This document shows, piece after piece, positions 60,617 through 64,000 of a stretch of 64,000 bases of DNA. This DNA is from an uncultured Thermoleophilia bacterium (GTDB taxonomy: Bacteria; Actinomycetota; Thermoleophilia; Gaiellales; Gaiellaceae): assembly GCA_963703435.1 (NCBI GenBank), contig CAVPEJ010000002.1:1179328-1243327 (forward strand), written 5' to 3'. The stretch's first letter is position 1. The number at the start of each line of letters is the position of its first letter. A program made the position numbers and the translations under genes. Under the pieces are notes generated by a model. It saw only the letters and a list, made by a program, of their open reading frames with translations, made no database searches and was not told where the DNA came from.

Positions 60617-62437
60617 ATGACGACGACCCGCATTCCGGCGCGCCGTCGGCGGGCCCGCCGCGGGTCGCTCGAACGGCCCGTCAACGCGCGCCTGTACCGA
60701 GCCTCGTTCCTCGTCGCGGCGATCCCCCTGCTGCTCCTCGCGTTCTCGAGCTCGCGCCCCGGCGTGCTGGCGACGCCGCTCCTGCCGCCGAACTTCGACG
60801 GCCCGGGCGCCCGGGCGCTCACCGACGAGGTCGCCTCGAGCTACCCGGACCGCTCGCCGGGCAGCGCCGGCGCGATCGGTGCCGCGAACTGGCTGCACGA
60901 CCAGTTCCGCACGTTCGGTCTGCCGGTCTCGGTGGACTCGTGGCGGCAGCGGGAGCCCGCCGGGCCCGTTGTCAGACTGGAAAACATCTGGGCGGTCGCG
61001 GCTGGACGGTCGCAGACGGCGATCGTGGTGATGGCCCATCGCGACGACACCGGTATCGGCCCTGGAGCGAACGACAACGCGAGCGGCACCGCCGCGCTGA
61101 TCGAGCTCGCCCGCGGGTACACCGCGACCGGATCGTCGAACGGCGCCGCCGTCCGGCCGGCGCACACGATCGTCTTCCTCTCGACCGACGGCGGCTCGGC
61201 GGGCGGCCTGGGAGCTGCGCGGTTCGCGCGCGGTCTCCCGTTTCCGGTCGCGGCCGTCGTCAACCTGAGCGCGCTCGCGGGCCGTGGTGCGCCCCGGCTG
61301 CTGATCTCGGGCGACACGCCCCGCACGGCAACGGCCCTGCTCGTGTCGACGGCGGCCCGCAGGATCGCCGAGCAGAGCAGTGGCTCGGTCCAGCGGGCAA
61401 CCGTCCTCTCACAGCTGATCGACCTCGGCTTTCCGTTCACACTCGGTGAGCAGGGGCCGTTCGTCGCCCGCGGCGTGCCCGCCCTCACCATCACCACCGG
61501 CGGCGAGCGTCCCGTGGATGCATTCACCGACCGCGCGAAGAACCTCGACGTCGCGCATCTGACGGCTCTCGGGCGGGCGGCGGAGGAGCTCGTCGGCTCG
61601 ATCGACCAAAGCGGCGTCGAGCTGACGAGCGGGACGCCGAGCTTCGTCTGGGTGGGGGGGCGGGTCGTGCGCGGCTGGGCGATCCAGCTGCTCCTCTTCT
61701 CGCTGCTCGTGCCGTTCCTGGTCGGCGTCGTCGACCTCTTCGCGCACTGCCGCCGCCGCGGCATTCCCGTCTCGCCGGCTCTCCGCAGCCTTCGCCGCCG
61801 CCTCGTGTTCTGGCTGTTCGCCGGCGTCGCGTTCTTCGTGTTCGACCTCCTCGGCGCCTGGCCCGGCGGGCCCGCGCGGCCGCCTGATCCGGTCGCACCC
61901 TCGACCGGCGACTGGGCGGTCGTGCCCCTCGCGCTCTTCCTCGCCGTCGTCTTCGCCGCCTGGCTGATCGCACGCCGGCGCCTCGTCCCGCGCAGCCCCG
62001 TGCTGCTCGAGGACCGTCTCGCCGGCGACGCGGCGGCACTCCTGGGTGGAAGCGTCGTCGCCGTGCTCGTGCTCGCGGCCAATCCGTTCGCACTGCTGTT
62101 CTGCCTGCCGGCCTTGCACGCATGGCTCTGGCTCCCGCACGTGCAGAGCCGCGGGGCGCTGATCCGCGCCCTCGTCTTCACGGTCGGCCTCATCGGTCCA
62201 GCGCTCGTGCTCCTGTCGCTCGCGATCCGCTTCGGTCTCGGCTTCGACGCGCCGTGGTACCTGCTCGAGCTGACTGCGCTCGGCTACGTGAAGCTGACGT
62301 CGGTCGCGATCGTCCTGGCCGGCGCCGCGTGCGCGGGCCAGCTTGCAGCCGTCGGCGCGGGCCGCTACGCGCCGTATCCGCCACGGCGCCGGCGACGCGG
62401 TCCGCTCCGTGAGCTCGCGCGCTACGCCGCGAGGTAG
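60617..62437 (+). CDS. M28-family metallopeptidase fused to a C-terminal polytopic membrane domain
   Basis: Contains MAHRDD and GANDNASGTAALIELAR, followed by about eight TM segments. TACTATAG lies 8-16 nt upstream of the ATG. Confidence 0.8.
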   Translation: MTTTRIPARRRRARRGSLERPVNARLYRASFLVAAIPLLLLAFSSSRPGVLATPLLPPNFDGPGARALTDEVASSYPDRSPGSAGAIGAANWLHDQFRTFGLPVSVDSWRQREPAGPVVRLENIWAVAAGRSQTAIVVMAHRDDTGIGPGANDNASGTAALIELARGYTATGSSNGAAVRPAHTIVFLSTDGGSAGGLGAARFARGLPFPVAAVVNLSALAGRGAPRLLISGDTPRTATALLVSTAARRIAEQSSGSVQRATVLSQLIDLGFPFTLGEQGPFVARGVPALTITTGGERPVDAFTDRAKNLDVAHLTALGRAAEELVGSIDQSGVELTSGTPSFVWVGGRVVRGWAIQLLLFSLLVPFLVGVVDLFAHCRRRGIPVSPALRSLRRRLVFWLFAGVAFFVFDLLGAWPGGPARPPDPVAPSTGDWAVVPLALFLAVVFAAWLIARRRLVPRSPVLLEDRLAGDAAALLGGSVVAVLVLAANPFALLFCLPALHAWLWLPHVQSRGALIRALVFTVGLIGPALVLLSLAIRFGLGFDAPWYLLELTALGYVKLTSVAIVLAGAACAGQLAAVGAGRYAPYPPRRRRRGPLRELARYAAR

Positions 62438-63609
62438 TCGACCGCCGCGCCAGCGGGCAGCTCGCCGTCGCCGCGACGGACGAGCACGAGCGCATCCGCA
62501 CCGGCGGCGCGCACGATCATGTGGGACTCCTGCCCGCGAACCGGCTCGAGCAGCACCACGCCGCCCTCGAAGCGGCGGCGGGCGCGCACGAGTTGATCGC
62601 GGGCCGAATCGCGGCGAACGTCCGTTGCGAGCCGGCCCGGCTGCCAGCGCGGTCCGGGATCGCTCGCTCCCTGCAGCGCCAGCACCGCCGGCCGGACGAA
62701 CAGCTCGAAGCCGACGAGCGACGACACGGGGTTGCCGGGCAGGCCGAAGACGAGCACCGCGTCGCGCATGGAGAACGCGACCGGCTTCCCGGGCTTGACG
62801 GCGACGCGCCAGAACAACTCCTGCGCACCGAGCGCGGCCAGCGTCGGTCGGACGAGATCGTGCCGACCCACCGACACGCCGCCCGACGTGACCAGCACGT
62901 CGAACGCGAGCCCGCGCTCGAGCGCATCCCGGGTCGCCCGCTCGTCGTCCGCAACGGGCTCGAACGTCTCGACCTCGGCGCCCGCCTCGGCGAGCTGCGC
63001 AGCGAGCAACAGCGTGTTCGACTCGTAGATCTCCCCCGGCCGCAGTGGCTCGCCGGGAGCCCGCAGCTCGCTGCCGGTCGCGAGCACCGCGACGCGCGGA
63101 CGGCGGGCGCACTCCACGGTCGCCCGGCCGACGGCCGCGAGCGCGCCGATCGCCCACGGCGACAACCGTGCACCACTCGCCGCGACCACGTCGCCCGCAC
63201 GGACATCGCCGCCTTGGGGCCGTACGTTGTCTCCTGCGGCAACGCCCTCGACGTCGACACCGTCGCCGGTAGGAGTCGTTCGCTCGACCGGCACGACCGC
63301 ATCAGCACCGCCGGGGATGACGGCGCCGGTAGAGATCGGCGCCGCCTCGCCCGGGCCGACCAGCTCGCTCGACGGCTTCCCGGCAGCCGATGCTGCGACC
63401 AGCCGGAGCCGGCCCGGCGTGTCGGCCGCGCGAACGGCGTAGCCGTCCATCGCCGAGTTGTCGAACGGCGGCAGGTCGACGGCAGCCGCCACGGCCTCGG
63501 CGAGGACGCGCCCGGCAGCAGCCGCGAGCGGGACGCTCTCCGACCTGAGTGGCTGCGCCCGAGCCAGCACAATCGCGCGGGCGGCGTCGATGTCGAGCAG
63601 AGCCTCCAC
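62422..63609 (-). CDS. moeA: molybdopterin molybdenumtransferase
   Basis: Contains PPFDNSAMDGYAV, ISTGAVIPGGADAVV, LVTSGGVSVG and GLPGNPVS. Its 3' end overlaps the convergent M28 gene by 16 nt. Confidence 0.9.
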   Translation of the reverse strand: MEALLDIDAARAIVLARAQPLRSESVPLAAAAGRVLAEAVAAAVDLPPFDNSAMDGYAVRAADTPGRLRLVAASAAGKPSSELVGPGEAAPISTGAVIPGGADAVVPVERTTPTGDGVDVEGVAAGDNVRPQGGDVRAGDVVAASGARLSPWAIGALAAVGRATVECARRPRVAVLATGSELRAPGEPLRPGEIYESNTLLLAAQLAEAGAEVETFEPVADDERATRDALERGLAFDVLVTSGGVSVGRHDLVRPTLAALGAQELFWRVAVKPGKPVAFSMRDAVLVFGLPGNPVSSLVGFELFVRPAVLALQGASDPGPRWQPGRLATDVRRDSARDQLVRARRRFEGGVVLLEPVRGQESHMIVRAAGADALVLVRRGDGELPAGAAVDYLAA

Positions 63610-63648
63610 GAACGATCACGATAATCCCGCGGACGTGGGGTCAGAGGC

Positions 63649-64000
63649 GTGAAGATTCTGTACTTCGGCACATACGACCGCGTGCACCCGCGCAACGTGA
63701 ACGCGATCGCCGCCCTTCGTGACGCCGGCGTCGAGGTCGTCGAACGGCAGCGGCCGCTCGTCCGGGGCGGCCTCACCGGCGTGCTCGATGTGCTGCTCGC
63801 CGAGTCGCGGTTGACGGTGACGCGCCGGCGCGATGCCGACGCCGTCGTCGTCGGGTACCCAGGCCACTTCGACGTGCCGCGTGCGCGGCGCGTGGCCCGT
63901 GCTCGGCCGCTCGTCTTCGACGCAGTGCTCTCGCTCGAGGATGAGCTCGTCGGCGTGCGGCGGCGCTTTCGGCCGCGCTCGGCCGCCGCCACCGTGCTGC
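63649..64000 (+). CDS. probable glycosyltransferase, N-terminal fragment (runs off the window)
   Basis: GTG 63649, beginning VKILYFGTYDRVHPRNVNAIAALRDAG. GC3-rich and open to the window end. GATAAT at 63620-63625 and a GGGG..GAGG SD lie upstream. Confidence 0.55.
   Translation, partial: MKILYFGTYDRVHPRNVNAIAALRDAGVEVVERQRPLVRGGLTGVLDVLLAESRLTVTRRRDADAVVVGYPGHFDVPRARRVARARPLVFDAVLSLEDELVGVRRRFRPRSAAATVL

Noticed and set aside
1-64000. A scan for rRNA genes, IS elements, transposases, integrases, phage genes, toxin-antitoxin pairs and defence-system genes.
   Set aside because: None was recognised. Every sizeable ORF with coding-like composition is assigned to metabolic or housekeeping families. 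The only mobile-element-like signals are the REP-like repeats and the LAGLIDADG-like ORF.

Overview
Very GC-rich, densely packed chromosomal core region of an actinobacterium-like genome. Third codon positions are almost all G/C, GTG and TTG starts are common, and 4-nt ATGA/GTGA stop-start overlaps are pervasive. I call about 70 CDS and one tRNA. I saw no rRNA, CRISPR, transposase, integrase or prophage genes. Left third: an erpA-fprA-aspartase/fumarase cluster (minus strand) lies divergent from a complete 14-gene NADH:quinone oxidoreductase operon, nuoA-N (5258-19158, plus strand). Middle: mixed housekeeping genes, namely UPF0173 hydrolase, DUF1028, two tandem cupin-TPR paralogs, Ldh_2, HAD, Mrp/ApbC, IMPase, DUF1015, YhaM-like, EamA, YchF, DUF3107, methylmalonyl-CoA epimerase, GNAT, a short FtsH, DUF1385-pncB-pncA and RarA. 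Right part: a roughly 23-kb uninterrupted minus-strand array. Its order is OmpR-type response regulator, histidine kinase, LAGLIDADG-like ORF, HtrA, RsbW-like kinase, treT, otsA, ALDH, moaC, moaB, UbiA-type prenyltransferase, oxidoreductase, ccmA-B-C-D, hemX-like, hemA, hemC, hemD, SAM hydrolase, methyltransferase, large secreted protein, tRNA-Phe, ahcY and arginase. Five signals are not explained by ordinary genes. (i) A family of GTAG-headed, REP-like bipartite palindromic elements exactly fills three intercistronic gaps and part of a fourth, and in most copies supplies the upstream TGA stop and a downstream Shine-Dalgarno (SD) sequence. (ii) A perfect 19-bp tandem duplication carries two TTTCCCGGGAAA palindromes upstream of htrA and also removes the stop of the LAGLIDADG-like ORF. 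(iii) A roughly 165-nt structured spacer lies between moaB and the prenyltransferase gene. (iv) A 56-aa CcmD-like ORF is absent from the ORF track. (v) tRNA-Phe ends 1 nt before the only possible ahcY start codon. All functional calls come from motif recognition by eye; no database search or folding program was available.
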